Of a stretch of DNA of 44,860 bases, positions 1 to 12,659 are shown piece by piece; the stretch's first letter is position 1, and each line of letters begins with the position of its first letter. Source of the DNA: Macrostomum lignano (lineage: Eukaryota); NCBI GenBank assembly GCA_002269645.1, contig NIVC01004469.1:1-44860 (forward strand). The letters are read 5' to 3'. The notes beneath the pieces were generated by a model. The model was not told the DNA's origin and did no database searches. It worked only from the letters and a program-made list of their open reading frames with translations. A program made the translations under genes and the position numbers.

Positions 1-12
1 GAGATAGAAAAA

Positions 13-1499
13 TGCTAGAGATGGGATATTTAGAGACGGATGTTCAAAGATGGGAATATTCAGAGATGGGATATTTAAAGATAGGATATTAAAAGACGGC
101 GATATTCAAAGATGGGAAATATTCAGAGATTGGATATTCAGAGATGGATATTCAAAGATGGATATTCAGAGACGGGATATTCACAGCTGGGAAATATTCA
201 GAGATGGGATATTTAAAGATTGGATAAATCAGAGATGGGATATTCACAGTTGGGATATTCTGAGATGGAATATTCACAGTCAGGATATTCAGAGATGGAT
301 AATCAGAGATGGGATATTCACAGTTGGGGTATTCAGAGATGGGATAGTCACAGTTGGGGTATTCAGAGATGGGATATTCACAGTTGAATATTCAGAGATG
401 GGATATTCACAGTTGGAATATTCAGAGATGGGATATTCAGAGATGGGATATTCACAGCTGGGATATTCAGAGATGGATATTCAGAGATGGATATTCTGAG
501 ATGGGATATTCAGAGATGGGATATTCTGAGATGGGATATTCTGAGATGGGATATTCACAGCTGGGATATTCAGAGATGGGATATTCACAGTTGAGATATT
601 CAGAGATGGATATTCACAGCTGGAATATTCAGAGATGGGATATTCAGAGATGGGATATTCACAGTTGGGATATTCAAAGATGGGATATTCAGAGATGGGA
701 TATTCAGAGATGGATATTCTGAGATGGGATATTCACAGCTGGGATATTCAGAGATGATATTCAGAGATGGATATTCACAGTTGAGATATTCAGAGATGGG
801 ATATTCAGAGAGGATATTCACAGTTGGAATATTCAGAGATGGGATATTCACAGCTGGGATATTCAGAGATGGGATATTCAGAGATGGATATTCTGAGATG
901 GGATATTCACAGCTGGGATATTCAGATATGGGATATTCAGAGATGGGATATTCACAGTTGAGATATCAGAGATGGGATATTCACAGCTGGAATATTCAGA
1001 GATGGATATTCAGAGATGGATATTCACAGTTGGGATATTCAAAGATGGATATTCAGAGATGGATATTCAGAGATGGGATATTCTGAGATGGGATATTCAC
1101 AGCTGGGATATTCAGAGATGGGATATTCAGAGATGGATATTCACAGTTGAGATATTCAGAGATGGGATATTCAGAGATGGGATATTCACAGTTGGAATAT
1201 TCAGAGATGGATATTCACAGCTGATATTCAGAGATGGATATTCAGAGATGATATTCTGAGATGGGATATTCACAGCTGGATATTCAGATATGGGATATTC
1301 AGAGATGGATATTCAGAGATGGGATATTCTGAGATGGGATTCTGAGATGGGATATTCACAGCTGGGATATTCAGAGATGGATATTCACAGTTGAGATATT
1401 CAGAGATGGGATATTCTGAGATGGGATATTCTGAGATGGGATATTCAGAGATGGGATATCACAGTTGGGATATTCAGAGATGAGATATTCACAGTTGGA
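13..1499. repeat. 15/16-bp tandem satellite (GATATTCAGAGATGG[G] interspersed with GATATTCACAG[C/T]TGG[G])
   Basis: Units are directly visible. The GYSEM/DIQRW ORFs are translations of the repeat. Confidence 0.97.
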
Positions 1500-1513
1500 T
1501 ACTGCATACTCAC

Positions 1514-1608
1514 CCGACCGCCGCTCTCGCTAGTATTGATGAGCACAGTTTGTCAGGCAGGCAGTCGCCATGCAGCTTAGCCACGGCGTCAGTGCACTCC
1601 TTGCGAGG
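1514..1608 (-). CDS. PACS: PACS-like exon at the start of the conserved C-terminal region; apparent 1-nt frameshift
   Basis: Acceptor tcatctgcag|CCT and donor CGG|gtgagt. Reads PRKECTDAVAKLHGDCLPDKL, then in another frame VLINTSESGGR, resembling PACS [33 protein letters not shown] (recalled). Confidence 0.7.
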
Positions 1609-2798
1609 CTGCAGATGAGCGAAAAAACTTATTTAATTGCGGAAATATTGGCATGATTTAATAGCGGCACTGTTAGAAAAATGTATAATAATAAAATTGT
1701 TCCGATAAAGCCAACAAAAATTAATGAGTATAGTTAAAAGCACTTCCCGTTTTAAATTTGAGCAACAATAGGCGCAAAATATCACACGCTGTTTCTGTTA
1801 AATTTACGAGCAAAGCTATCCTAACGCATTGATGACTCTATCATTATTAGAGATAAATTTGTTATATTAATCCAAAATTCAGCAATTCAGATAAACAATT
1901 AGTTTTACCTCGCCAAAGAACGAATCATTCAGATTAAAATCCAACTGGAAAGCCTGCTGAAGTATCAGAAAATACGAAAATACAAATCAGATGAATTTGT
2001 AAAAAATGAGCCACTTTTTTCACTTTGCACTACTCTTAGTAGAAAGGCTTGGAAGTAGTATAAAAAAAATAAAAAAGCTATAATCAATCTAGCCATTTTT
2101 GTTTTTATATCCTCTGACGTCATCGTCAGTTCTCAGTCAAGCGAGAACCCCCCCCCCTAAAAAAACAAGATATTTCCCGAATCCCCAAGAACACGCAAGC
2201 AGCTATCGATGGCTCTTTAAGAATGATTGATGACACGCACACTTTTTAAGTCGATCCTGAAAATGCAAACCAGAGAGGTAAGCCGCGTTTTAAATGAGCA
2301 CAGCCCGCATTCCAGTTGCAATATCAATTGGAAAGCTTCCGGGGGAGGGGTGAAATTTTTTATATCAAAAAACATCAAATATTCCTCTCCATTCGCGACT
2401 TTCTGTGAGTCCTTTTTTCGGAAATTATCAATATGAAAATACAGTAGATCATAGAGCCTCGCTGCAGTCACTCAACTGCCACTCAGGGTTAAAAGTACAG
2501 ATTTTTACAGCATGAATCAGTTTAAAATAGAATGTTAAAGTTAAACTACTATAACAAGCATACTCAAGGTTTGCCAAAATCGTTAGGATGAAATAAACAG
2601 AGTTACATCATCAGTTCAGCATCAACTTCGGAGCATTGTGTTAAAATTTTAAAAAACTTGAAACAAAAAATTATATAAACAGTCGTATACAGAAAGACAG
2701 TGTACAAAATATGATTGGCTTTGCACTGTATAGAACGGATTGCTAATCTAGTCATTGACATAAACAGACCGACATGACGGACGACGAATCGACATGAA

Positions 2799-3398
<600 letters not shown>

Positions 3399-3420
3399 GC
3401 AGCGGACGCACAACACCTAC

Positions 3421-3671
3421 CGCCCCAAGCACGCTAGAACCTGGCGCAATCCATGCGGATTCAGCAGCTCCTGTTGGGTGACCAAAGATCGCCGCCTGCC
3501 AGCTGGCGAAGAGTTTTCAGGAGCTGCGGTGGCGGCGCTGGCGGCAGCTTGGGGAAGAGGAGGAGCAGCAAAGGGGATTCGCAGAGCGGCGCAAGAGGCG
3601 GTATGGGAGCGAGCCCGGTGCCTGTGCTGCCCCTTCTGCTGCTGGCGCACACTGGCATGCTGGCGCTGGTC
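3421..3671 (-). CDS. PACS: Probable PACS-like internal exon (low-complexity, DQRQHASV...LRQVLACLG)
   Basis: Acceptor aatattcag|GAC and donor CG|gtaggt. Only one frame is open across it, and it starts in phase 0, matching the preceding exon's phase-0 donor. No family motif recognised. Confidence 0.6.
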
Positions 3672-3988
3672 CTGAATATTATGATTACATATTATAAGTT
3701 TCTATGGATTGATCTACAATAAAAAGGCAAAATAAGCTCGGGAATGCAAACAGCTAGACTACAAATCATATATGCATACGCAAAAGCTGAGGCGCTAGCA
3801 AGTCAACTCAAACATGCTGATTTATCTAAAACTAATTCAAATGGTAACTATGATAAAAATGCTCGTATGGCAAAGTGCGGCAAGGTACTTAATATGCATG
3901 CGCAGGTGATAAGAGAACTAGTCTTAACTAAAATTTAGTTATAACACTGACTTCTAATTCTAAATTTTCTAAAATATACTCCAGTACG

Positions 3989-4472
3989 CCCCTGTAAATC
4001 TGAATCTCACCCCTGTAAATCTGAATCGCATCTCTTTACACCTGAATCTCACCATTTACATCTGAATCTCAGCTCTGTACATTGAATCTCACCCCTGTAA
4101 ATTTGAATCTCACTCCTGTACATCTGAATCTCACCCCTGTAAATCTGAATCTCACCCATGTACATCTGAATCTCACCCATGTACATCTGAATCTCACCCA
4201 TGTATATCTGAATCTCATCTCTGTACATCTGAATCTCAGCCCTGTATATCTGAATCTTACCCCTGTAAATCTGAATCTCACCCCTGTACATCTGAATCTC
4301 ACCTCTGTACATCTGAATTTCACCCCTGTACATTTGAATCTCACCCCTGTGAATCTGAATCTCACCCCTGTAAATCTGAATCTCATCCCTGTAGAATCTC
4401 ACCCCTGTACATCTGAATCTCACCCCTGTAAATCTGAATCTCACCCCTGTAAATCTGAATCTCATCCCTGTA
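3989..4472. repeat. 21-bp minisatellite (CTGAATCTCACCCCTGTAAAT)n
   Basis: Directly visible. It gives 7-aa periodic ORFs on both strands. Confidence 0.96.
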
Positions 4473-4730
4473 GAAAAGATGCTACAAAAGACTCCCGTGT
4501 AAAATAGCTAGTTGGAAATCTTAGTGCAGCAAGCTCAACAATCAAATAATGTGATAAATATTACACATAAAGCATACACTGCATATATATATATACATAT
4601 GACAGTAATGAACAATTCATTTTTATCACGCATGAAGAGATTGTGAAGAAGCAAAGTTTTAACAAGCAGAAGATTCTTTATAGTGCAGTGTAAATCTCAC
4701 TACATAATAGTCTAATGGAAATTTACTTAC

Positions 4731-5327
4731 ATCAGTAACAGACAAGACACTCTGGGATGCCTGTTGCTGTGGTGATAACAGTAACTGAGATGGTGGCGGC
4801 GGCGGCGGCTGCTGAGGCTGCGGATGAGGCTGCGGATGAGGCTGCGACTTACTAGAAGTTGGCACGCTAACAGCAACTCCTCCAATAGCCGCCGATGTTG
4901 CTGCAGTGACAGCAGGCTGGGAGCAGGGCAAATCTTGCTGCGAAGCTCGACGTGTCGCAGCTGTTGCCAACGATGAAGGGTCAGGCAAAGCAGGGGGTGC
5001 GAGCTCAGCTGGCACCGAAGCAGTGGCAGAGGGCACAGCATCAAACCCGGTGCTAGCAGAATCTGCGCCAATCAAAAAATCGGTTGGCTCCATCGATGCC
5101 TGCAGCAATTTCTGATCCCCTATTGGAGAGTGAGAAGTCAGATGCTGCTGCTGCTGATGCTGAGTCAGTCGAGTGTGAGACGATTGTGATCCAAAATAGC
5201 GTCTAACCCTGGGCTTTGGCGTTGATCCAACGCTGATATCATCGTCATCATCTAGGCTGGAGCTGGAGTCTGGCGGCTCAATGTCTTCTAGATCGTTCCA
5301 TAGCGACTCCTCTTGGTGCAGCTCCAA
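4731..5327 (-). CDS. PACS: PACS-like exon: acidic cluster plus STPKP motif, followed by a Q/P/A-rich region
   Basis: Acceptor aaacctacag|TTG and donor GAT|gtaagt. ESLWNDLEDIEPPDSSSSLDDDDDISVGSTPKPRVRRYF resembles PACS LYDSLE..PSDSGPE..ESILSTPKPKLKPFF. 597 nt, phase 0-0. Confidence 0.85.
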
Positions 5328-5586
5328 CTGTAGGTTTGGGTGTAAATTATACGATTGGTTAGGGGGCCCTGGAATTATTATCTTCAGGCAGGTACACTGT
5401 CTGCGTCTTGGCCCAACTTGCCCCAAGACCAATGTAGGTGTTTTTAGGATTTTTCATTCGGGTACACTAGCTGGCTTTAGATAGTGTTGAATCTAATAAA
5501 ATTACGATACATTTTCAGAATTTCAAAAATTTGAACAAAACACTGCTTTCCCAATGTAGGTTTTAGAGAGAAAAATGATTGTAAAA

Positions 5587-6829
5587 GCGCAGACCTAGAG
5601 ACACAGAAGCAGACACAAGCGCAGACCTAGAGACACAGAAGCAGACACAAAGCGCAGACCTAGAGACACAGAAGCAGACACAAGCGCAGACCTAGAGACA
5701 CAGAAGCAGACACAAGCGCAGACCTAGAGACACAGAAGCAGACACAAGCGCAGACCTAGAGACACAGAAGCAGACACAAGCGCAGACCTAGAGACACAGA
5801 AGCAGACACAAGCGCAGACATAGAAGCAGACACAAGCGCAGACATAGAGACACAGAAGCAGACACAAGCGCAGACATAGAAGCAGACACAAGCGCAGACC
5901 TAGAGACACTGAAGCAGACACAAGCGCAGACATAGAAGCAGACAAAAGCGCAGAAGCACAGAAGCAGACACAAGCGCAGACATAGAGACACAGAAGCAGA
6001 CACAAGCGCGGACATAGAAGCAGACACAAGCGCAGACATAGAAGCAGACACAAGCGCAGACCTAGAGACACAGAAGCAGACACAAGCGCAGACCTAGAGA
6101 CACAGAAGCAGACACAAACGCAGACATAGAAGCAGACACAAGCGCAGACCCAGAGACACAAAGCAGACACAAGCACAGACCTTGAGACACAGAAGCAGAC
6201 ACAAGCGCAGACACAGAAGCAGACACAAGCGCAGACACAGAAGCAGACACAAGCGCAGACACAGAAGCAGACACAAGCGCAGACACAGAAGCAGACAAAA
6301 GCGCAGACACAGAAGCAGACACAAGCGCAGACATAGAGACACAGAAGCAGACACAAACGCGGACATAGAAGCAGACACAAGCGCAGACATAGAAGCAGAC
6401 ACAAGCGCAGACCTAGAGACACAGAAGCAGACACAAGCGCAGACCTAGAGACACAGAAGCAGACACAAACGCAGACATAGAAGCAGACACAAGCGCAGAC
6501 CCAGAGACACAAAAGCAGACACAAGCGCAGACCTTGAGACACAGAAGCAGACACAAGCGCAGACACAGAAGCAGACACAAGCGCAGACACAGAAGCAGAC
6601 ACAAGCGCAGACACAGAAGCAGACACAAGCGCAGACACAGAAACAGACACAAGCGCAGACACAGAAGCAGACACAAGCGCAGACCTAGAGACACAGAAGC
6701 AGACACAAGCGCAGACATAGAAGCAGACACAAGCGCAGACCTAGAGACACAGAAGCAGACAAAAGCGCAGACAAAGAAGCAGACACAAGCGCAGACCTAG
6801 AGACACAGAAGCAGACACAAGCGCAGACC
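5587..6829. repeat. 32/24-bp satellite (GCAGACCTAGAGACACAGAAGCAGACACAAGC and 24-bp variants)
   Basis: Directly visible. It explains the SALVSASV and LRLCLLLC ORFs. Confidence 0.97.
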
Positions 6830-7074
6830 AAATACACACACAGCAGTCAGTAACACAAAGCCGTGGATGATCAAAAGATTATAAAAAGGTGTCATACGAA
6901 CTAGAGCATCGTTACTAAGCTCTTTTTCCGGCAAACGCTTCAAAGCTGCCTAATACGCGTACAATTTTTAGATTTACACACCATAGGGCGCAGATGCGAG
7001 TGTTTCAAATGCAAAACCCGGCCGGGCATAAGGACGGAATATTGTTCACTCGACAGGGCGAGAAGTGCAAGCGG

Positions 7075-7125
7075 TAGAGAGAGAGAGAGAGAGATACAGA
7101 GAGAGAGAGAGATAGAGAGAGAACG
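7075..7125. repeat. (GA)n microsatellite, interrupted
   Basis: Directly visible. Confidence 0.85.
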
Positions 7126-7599
7126 GCGAGAGACATTCGAGAGAGACAGCTTTAACGGGGCAGAGGGATGAAATCAAAGGACACTAGAGAGAGATAGCGT
7201 AAATATATAGGGAGAAAGTCGAACGGCGAAAGTTAAATTCAGCAGATTCGGCAGCAAGGCCTCTCTAGACAGCTTCAAGAGTAATAAGTTGTGCTTGCAG
7301 CTGCTACTGTTTAAATTGCTCTGGGATAAAATGTCAGAACTTTTTGGACACCCCAAGTAGTTACATAGTTCTAGTTATGAAAAGTTTGAACCAATTTTTC
7401 TAAAATTTTGTCTCCCATTTTAAGGCTGAATACTGATATAAGTACAAAACATCATCACGTGATCAATTCCATAAGCTTCTGGATGCAACCTGGCACACCT
7501 TAAGCGACATTGTCACAAAATCGGCGAGAGACATTACTGCCAATTCCGCCGACTCCCCTGAACAGGCACACAAACGCGCGGATACGTACGCAGTCATAC

Positions 7600-7789
7600 T
7601 TTATTTATCGTTAGGCATGTACACTTCACTTCTCTACACTTCACTTTTGGCCCTCAAGGCCGTTAATTGCACGAGCAGAGCCAAGCCGAGATTCCAATTT
7701 AACCCCAAAATTAATGTGACTGCACTTGGAATCGAGCCTGAGCCGCTGGTACATCAGAGCACCACGCTAGACCACTAAGCTACGCCCCC
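7600..7789 (-). mobile_element. tRNA-derived SINE-like element, copy 1
   Basis: Minus strand begins GGGGGCGTAGCTTAGTGGTCTAGCG (A-box-like) ... GGCTCGATTCC (B-box-like) and ends in an ATAAATAAA tail. A second related copy lies at about 16.3 kb. Confidence 0.65.
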
Positions 7790-8200
7790 AATTAAGGATT
7801 AAAAATTTCTAGGACAACTTTTCCATGCCCTTTCTGTAAGAAAAGGCCCATACGCCATTGCCTGAAATTATGTGCTGTTTTAACAAAAGATTGGTTCAAC
7901 AAAATCAAAACAGCAACACTACATAGTAAGCATATGAAGAAGCCCAGTTGCTCCAAAAGTGATGGTTCTAGGCCTTCTTGGCTTAGGGGAAGCAAAATAC
8001 CGTCCCGAAATGCTCGCGTGCACAAATTGCAATCCAGAGGGACAGGAAAATCTCCTAGAATGAAGGCAGGCAGGGAAGGGAAACAACATGCAAACCAGGA
8101 GGGAGCAGGGGATGGTGATGGGGCCAGGGAGAGAGAGGTTCGACCCTGCGAAGCTTGGTAAGAACGGTGAAAAGTTTTCAGACCGACAGGCCATCTAAAA

Positions 8201-8202
<2 letters not shown>

Positions 8203-8239
<37 letters not shown>
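8203..8239. repeat. (AT)n microsatellite
   Basis: Directly visible. Confidence 0.95.
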
Positions 8240-8240
<1 letters not shown>

Positions 8241-8635
8241 TTGTATGTCTACAAATGTCTATCCGGGATAGGAAGGATCGAGAGTCAGAAGCTGGTACGA
8301 ACCAGCCGGACTGCCTAGCGGAATAAAAAATGGCGAAAACTGGCCCCAAACCGCTCTATCGTCTCTGTCTCTAGGGAAGAAAGTCTTCTTTTATATGAAT
8401 TCCAAAGCGGTTTCGCAGCTGACATCTGACATACATAGTAACTAAGAATCTGCAGAATTGGATAGACATAATTTGACAGACCAAGCTTTCGGCATTCTTG
8501 TACTAGAGTATATGTAGAAGATAGACTAGCAATCTTATCCCTCCGTTGGGTCCATAGAAAGGCATATATAATACTGATTTACCTCAAGCATTACATCAGG
8601 CTTTCTAGCCTGATAGATCTGCTTCCCACCTTAGC

Positions 8636-8850
8636 CATAACATCTCAGCAACTCTCCCCATTGAGCCATGGCATCTCAGCAACCCCCCCTTTGAGCCATG
8701 GCATCTCAGCAACTCCCCCCTTTGAATTTTGGCATCTCAGCAACTCCTCTTTGAGCCATGGCATCTCAGCAACTCCATCCTTAAGCCATGGCATCTCAGC
8801 AACTCCCTCCTTAAGCCATGGCATCTCAGCAACTCTCCCTCCTTAAGCCA
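8636..8850. repeat. About 30-bp minisatellite (TTGAGCCATGGCATCTCAGCAACTCCCCCT), about 7 copies
   Basis: Directly visible. It gives the LSHGISATPP periodic ORF. Confidence 0.92.
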
Positions 8851-9399
8851 TAGCACGTCAATAAGCTAGAGATTCAAAATAATGGAAAACAGGCCCGAAT
8901 TTAAATAAGACCCCAAGCTTTTCACCAAAGCAGCAACTGTAGCCTTCTAAATTGACGGAATTAAAGACAGGCAAAAATTGAGATTCAAAGACAAAAAAGA
9001 CAAAGCAAAGCATCAAAGCAAATCCAAAATCTAAGTAAAACTTAGACACAAGAGGCAGAGCTTACAAATCAAACGGTATTATTCATCAAAGTTAGCTGTA
9101 TATAGTACATATTAAAGCCAGTGTCTAGAGGCTCCCTTTAAATGAAAATCTCTTTGAATCCCATCGCAGGAAAAAGCAAGCTGATGCTTTGAATCTGCTT
9201 CTGTCTGGATAGTCGTCAAAAAAATCAAGAAATTTTCCGAGACAAATTTTTCGATAAAAAAATTTCTTAATCATGGACGCTGTCGCTGCTCGTCCAGGAA
9301 GCTGGGCCCCTGGTAACTAGCAACAAAATTTAATTAACTTCTAGACTGGAGGCTTCCTTCGGACTAGCATTTTTTTCATCAATCAACCGACCTTCAACT

Positions 9400-10554
9400 G
9401 TAACAGCAGCAGCCGCCTAAAGGACTTGAGGCCACTCTTTGTCAGGCCATCGAGTCCTTTGCAATTCCATAACAGCAATCCTGCCTGCTCAAGGCTTATG
9501 TCTCAAATAATCTCCACTCCATTCTCTTCTTATCTCACCCTTCTCGCATTTCTTCAATTTATACGCTCCTCTCTCCTCTCCTCTGTCATCTCTTCTCTTC
9601 TCCTCCATTATCTCATCTCTTTTCCTACGTAATTCCCCTGTCATCTCTCTTCTCCTCTGTCATCTCTCTTCTCCTCTGTCATCTCTCTTCTCCTCTGTCA
9701 TCTCTCTTCTCCTCTGTCATCTCTCTTCTCCTCTGTCATCTCTCTTCTCCTCTGTCATCTCTCTTCTCCTCTGTCATCTCTCTTCTCCTCTGTCATCTCT
9801 CTCTCCTCTGTCATCTCTCTTCTCCTCTGTCATCTCTCTTCTCCTCTGTCATCTCTCTTCTCCTCTGTCATCTCTCTTCTCCTCTGTCATCTCTCTTCTC
9901 TGTCATCTCTCTTCTCCTCTGTCATCTCTCTTCTCCTCTGTCATCTCTCTTCATCTCTCTTCTCCTCTGTCATCTCTCTTCTCCTCTGTCATCTCTCTTC
10001 CCTCTGTCTCTGTCATCTCTCTTCTCCTCTGTCATCTCTCTTCTCCTCTGTCATCTCTCTTCTCATCTCGTCATCTCCTCTCTTCTATCATCTCCACTTT
10101 TCTCCTCTGTCATCTCTTCTCTTCTCCTCTGTCATCTCTCTCCTCCTCTGTCATCTCTTCTCTCCTCTGTCATCTCTTCTCTTCTCCCCTGTCATCTCTC
10201 TCCTCCGTCATCTCCTCTCTTCTATCACTTCTCTCCTCTTCTGTCATCTCTTCTCTCCTCCTCTGTCATCTCCCTCTCTTCTCCTCTAGCTATGTCATCT
10301 CTTCTTTTCTCCTCTGTCATCTCCTCTCTTCTCTGTTCTCTTCTCTCTTCTAATATCTTCACTTTTTTCTCCTCTGTCATCTGTTCTCTTTCCCCCCATC
10401 ATCTCTTCTCTTCTCCTTCGTCATCTTTTTTCTCCTCTGTCCTCTCCACTCTTCTCTCTACTTTCCGCTCGCCTCTCTTTTCTCTTTTTTGACCCGCAGT
10501 CATGCGCTAGATTCTCAATCTAGCCCCCAAAGTAAGAAAAATTACCGACCCCTG
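9400..10554. mobile_element. hAT-type MITE, copy A (left end decayed, interior expanded)
   Basis: Right end AATTACCGACCCCTG matches the TIR of copy B. Subterminal segments (agcaatc..gctgctcaagg..tgtctc on the left, gac.cgca..catg.gct.gattct on the right) are shared with copy B. The left boundary is approximate. Confidence 0.55.
9636..10060. repeat. 19-bp pyrimidine-rich minisatellite (CTCCTCTGTCATCTCTCTT)n, with degenerate continuation to about 10480
   Basis: Directly visible. Confidence 0.95.
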
Positions 10555-10887
10555 CTATACGACATTATTTCCAAAATTCGTTTACTTCTGCTAGAATGAC
10601 TCATACCTCTGCAAAAATATATGCATAAATGTACAGTACAGTAGAAGTTACATAATCTCAACTTACCCCATAGTTATTCTCAGGCTTGAGTTTTCGAGAT
10701 TTCAATATAGTTGAAAAATTCTCGTCCATAAATAGTTTGAGCTTCTGACGCCATTCTTTCGGCTGAAATAAAAATATAATATTTAAATATATGATTATAT
10801 GAAACTCGAATCGATCTGAGAGAGTTTATTGAATTTAGGCTGTCTGGCTATAGTTGATAGATGCCAGATTTTGATTTGCGTCTAGAT

Positions 10888-11287
10888 CAGGGATCGGCAA
10901 ACTGCAGCCCGTCAAGCCTCTCTATCCGGCTCTTGGGTCCTTTTAAACTTCACAAATAGCAATCGGGGCTGCTCAAGGTTTTTGTCTCTTCTCAACTCTC
11001 TTCTCTACTCTTTGCCTTCTGCTCTCCTCTCTCCCACTTCTCTTCGGCCTCCCTCATCTCCTCTCTCCCTCTTCTCTTCTCTCAACTCTTCTCTTCTCCC
11101 CCCATTTCCTTTCTCCGTCTTCTTTCCTTTCTCATCGCCCCTCTCATCTAATCTGTCCTCTTAACTTTGCCTTTATCTCTAATCTCCTCTTTTTCTTCTC
11201 TCTCTCATTTGCTCTCTCATCTGACACGCAACCATGAGCTGGATTCTTTATCTGTCCCTTCAGGTAAAACAAATTTGCCGACACCTG
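10888..11287. mobile_element. hAT (Charlie-like) MITE, copy B, 400 bp
   Basis: TIRs CAGGGATCGGCAAACT ... AATTTGCCGACACCTG. Flanking 8-mers are GTCTAGAT and TTCTAGAT, a 7/8 TSD on the NTCTAGAN target typical of Charlie-group hATs. Confidence 0.8.
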
Positions 11288-11559
11288 TTCTAGATACATA
11301 GTGACATGGCTTGATTGACAGGTAGGATAAACCTTTGCCCGTGCCTTATCATTGATTGACGGCTAGTGTGTGGGGTTGGTGGATAGCGATTTTCTAAGAT
11401 AGCTTTTCTAATATCCCAAAACAGAGTATATCGGGCATATAGGAATAGCATGATGCATGCAGTTTTAAAGTTTTCGACATATGTTGTGCAACCACATCAG
11501 GGAGAAGACGCTAGGAGAGGGGAGAACAGGAAGAGTGGAGTTGTAAATGCGGCACAGAC

Positions 11560-12286
11560 CTTGGCACCGACAGCGGCTTCTTTCTTAGCTTTAGCGGCGG
11601 CTGCCGCTGCGGCAGCCACAGCCGCAGCTTCCTCGTCATCCGCGACAGCGTCTTCATCGTCGCTGGCTCCGAGGAACTCGTCGTCAGCTCTGCTATGGCC
11701 AGCAGTTGGCAGCCGGCCGGCAGTTCCAGGCACCGGGGCTGGCAGAGTCTCCAAGCGGACAACATGTAAATAGCCAATAGGCTGAGTCTGTTGATGCTTC
11801 ATCATCCCTGACTGCTGCTTACGCTGAGCAGACTCAAAGTCTGGCAACAATGGCAGCCTGGCGTCCAACAGTCGCATCTGTAGAATATCCGTCAAATTGA
11901 TGCAAGCAGCGCCCAATGTTTTAAAGCCGAGATTGCGATATTTTCTACGGCGCTGCAGCATCACTAGCAGCGGATTGTCGCGCTTGATAGCATGGGGATA
12001 TTGGATCTCTACTAGGATCCGACGCTCCTGAGCTCTGCAGCTGTCAGCATCGTCTGTACCAGCTGATGGAGGCTGCGGCGGTGGCGGAATCTGCTGCGAA
12101 CGAAGGGTTCGTTGAGCTGGCATCTTGATAGCCAGGTAGACTGGGACAGCTGGGGACGATGAGGATGCGGGAGCTGGCTGGCCACTTGGGTGATAATCAG
12201 ACAGAGTTCCACTTGGCACAGCTCCAGTTCTAGCGCATGTTGATTGACAGTTCAAGCAGAGCTGGTCAATCTCCATGTGTAATAGC
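11560..12286 (-). CDS. PACS: PACS-like exon 2: N-terminal C2-like cargo (furin)-binding region
   Basis: LAIKMPAQRTLRS..IQYPHAIKRDNPLLVMLQRRRKYRNLGFKTL resembles PACS [45 protein letters not shown]. Acceptor acctacacag|G; donor AAG|gtctgt (less certain). Confidence 0.9.
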
Positions 12287-12659
12287 CTGTGTAGGTTGAT
12301 TTGAATGCTTCATTTGGAGCTAAACCTACACTTGACTTTATTGCATATTCATGACAATATTTTGATACAACATGAATTGTAATATGTTGTAAATGAAAAC
12401 CAATGCATAAAAAAATGTAACCTTTATCATCTTATTTATTAAAGACTATCTGCAAGAGTTGTTAGACTAAAAGATAATCATATAAATGCACATGCAAATT
12501 TTAGATAAAATATAATAGATATTCCCTAGAATAGTATATGATATAGTAATTTTTAATAATTATTTAAGATGTTCATAAATTCTCTATCATAGTTTAAAGA
12601 TAAAATACAAACTTTTTGTTGCATATTCCTTTAACTTAAAATAACTTGAAAACCTTATA

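Noticed and set aside
50-1259. ORFs with GYSEM/DIQRW repeats as real proteins
   Set aside because: They are translations of a 15/16-bp satellite, the frames switch with unit length, and they lie in a PACS intron.
2217-2471. Short ORFs in AT-rich intron sequence as an extra PACS exon or transposase
   Set aside because: No recognisable motif or consistent splice sites.
7174-7356. Possible missing PACS exon (SNLNSSSCKHNLL)
   Set aside because: It has a plausible acceptor but no convincing match to the KQKFVALLKRF segment.
7715-7789. Functional tRNA gene
   Set aside because: A and B boxes are present, but I could not build a convincing acceptor stem, and the sequence continues into a shared body and A-rich tail like a SINE.
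7792-8349. 185-aa ORF with ILGDF as a LINE endonuclease
   Set aside because: It has a single short motif, runs through an (AT)n tract, and shows no other APE or RT motifs.
8636-10060. Minisatellites as CRISPR-like arrays
   Set aside because: The units are contiguous with no unique spacers, there are no cas genes, and the context is eukaryotic.
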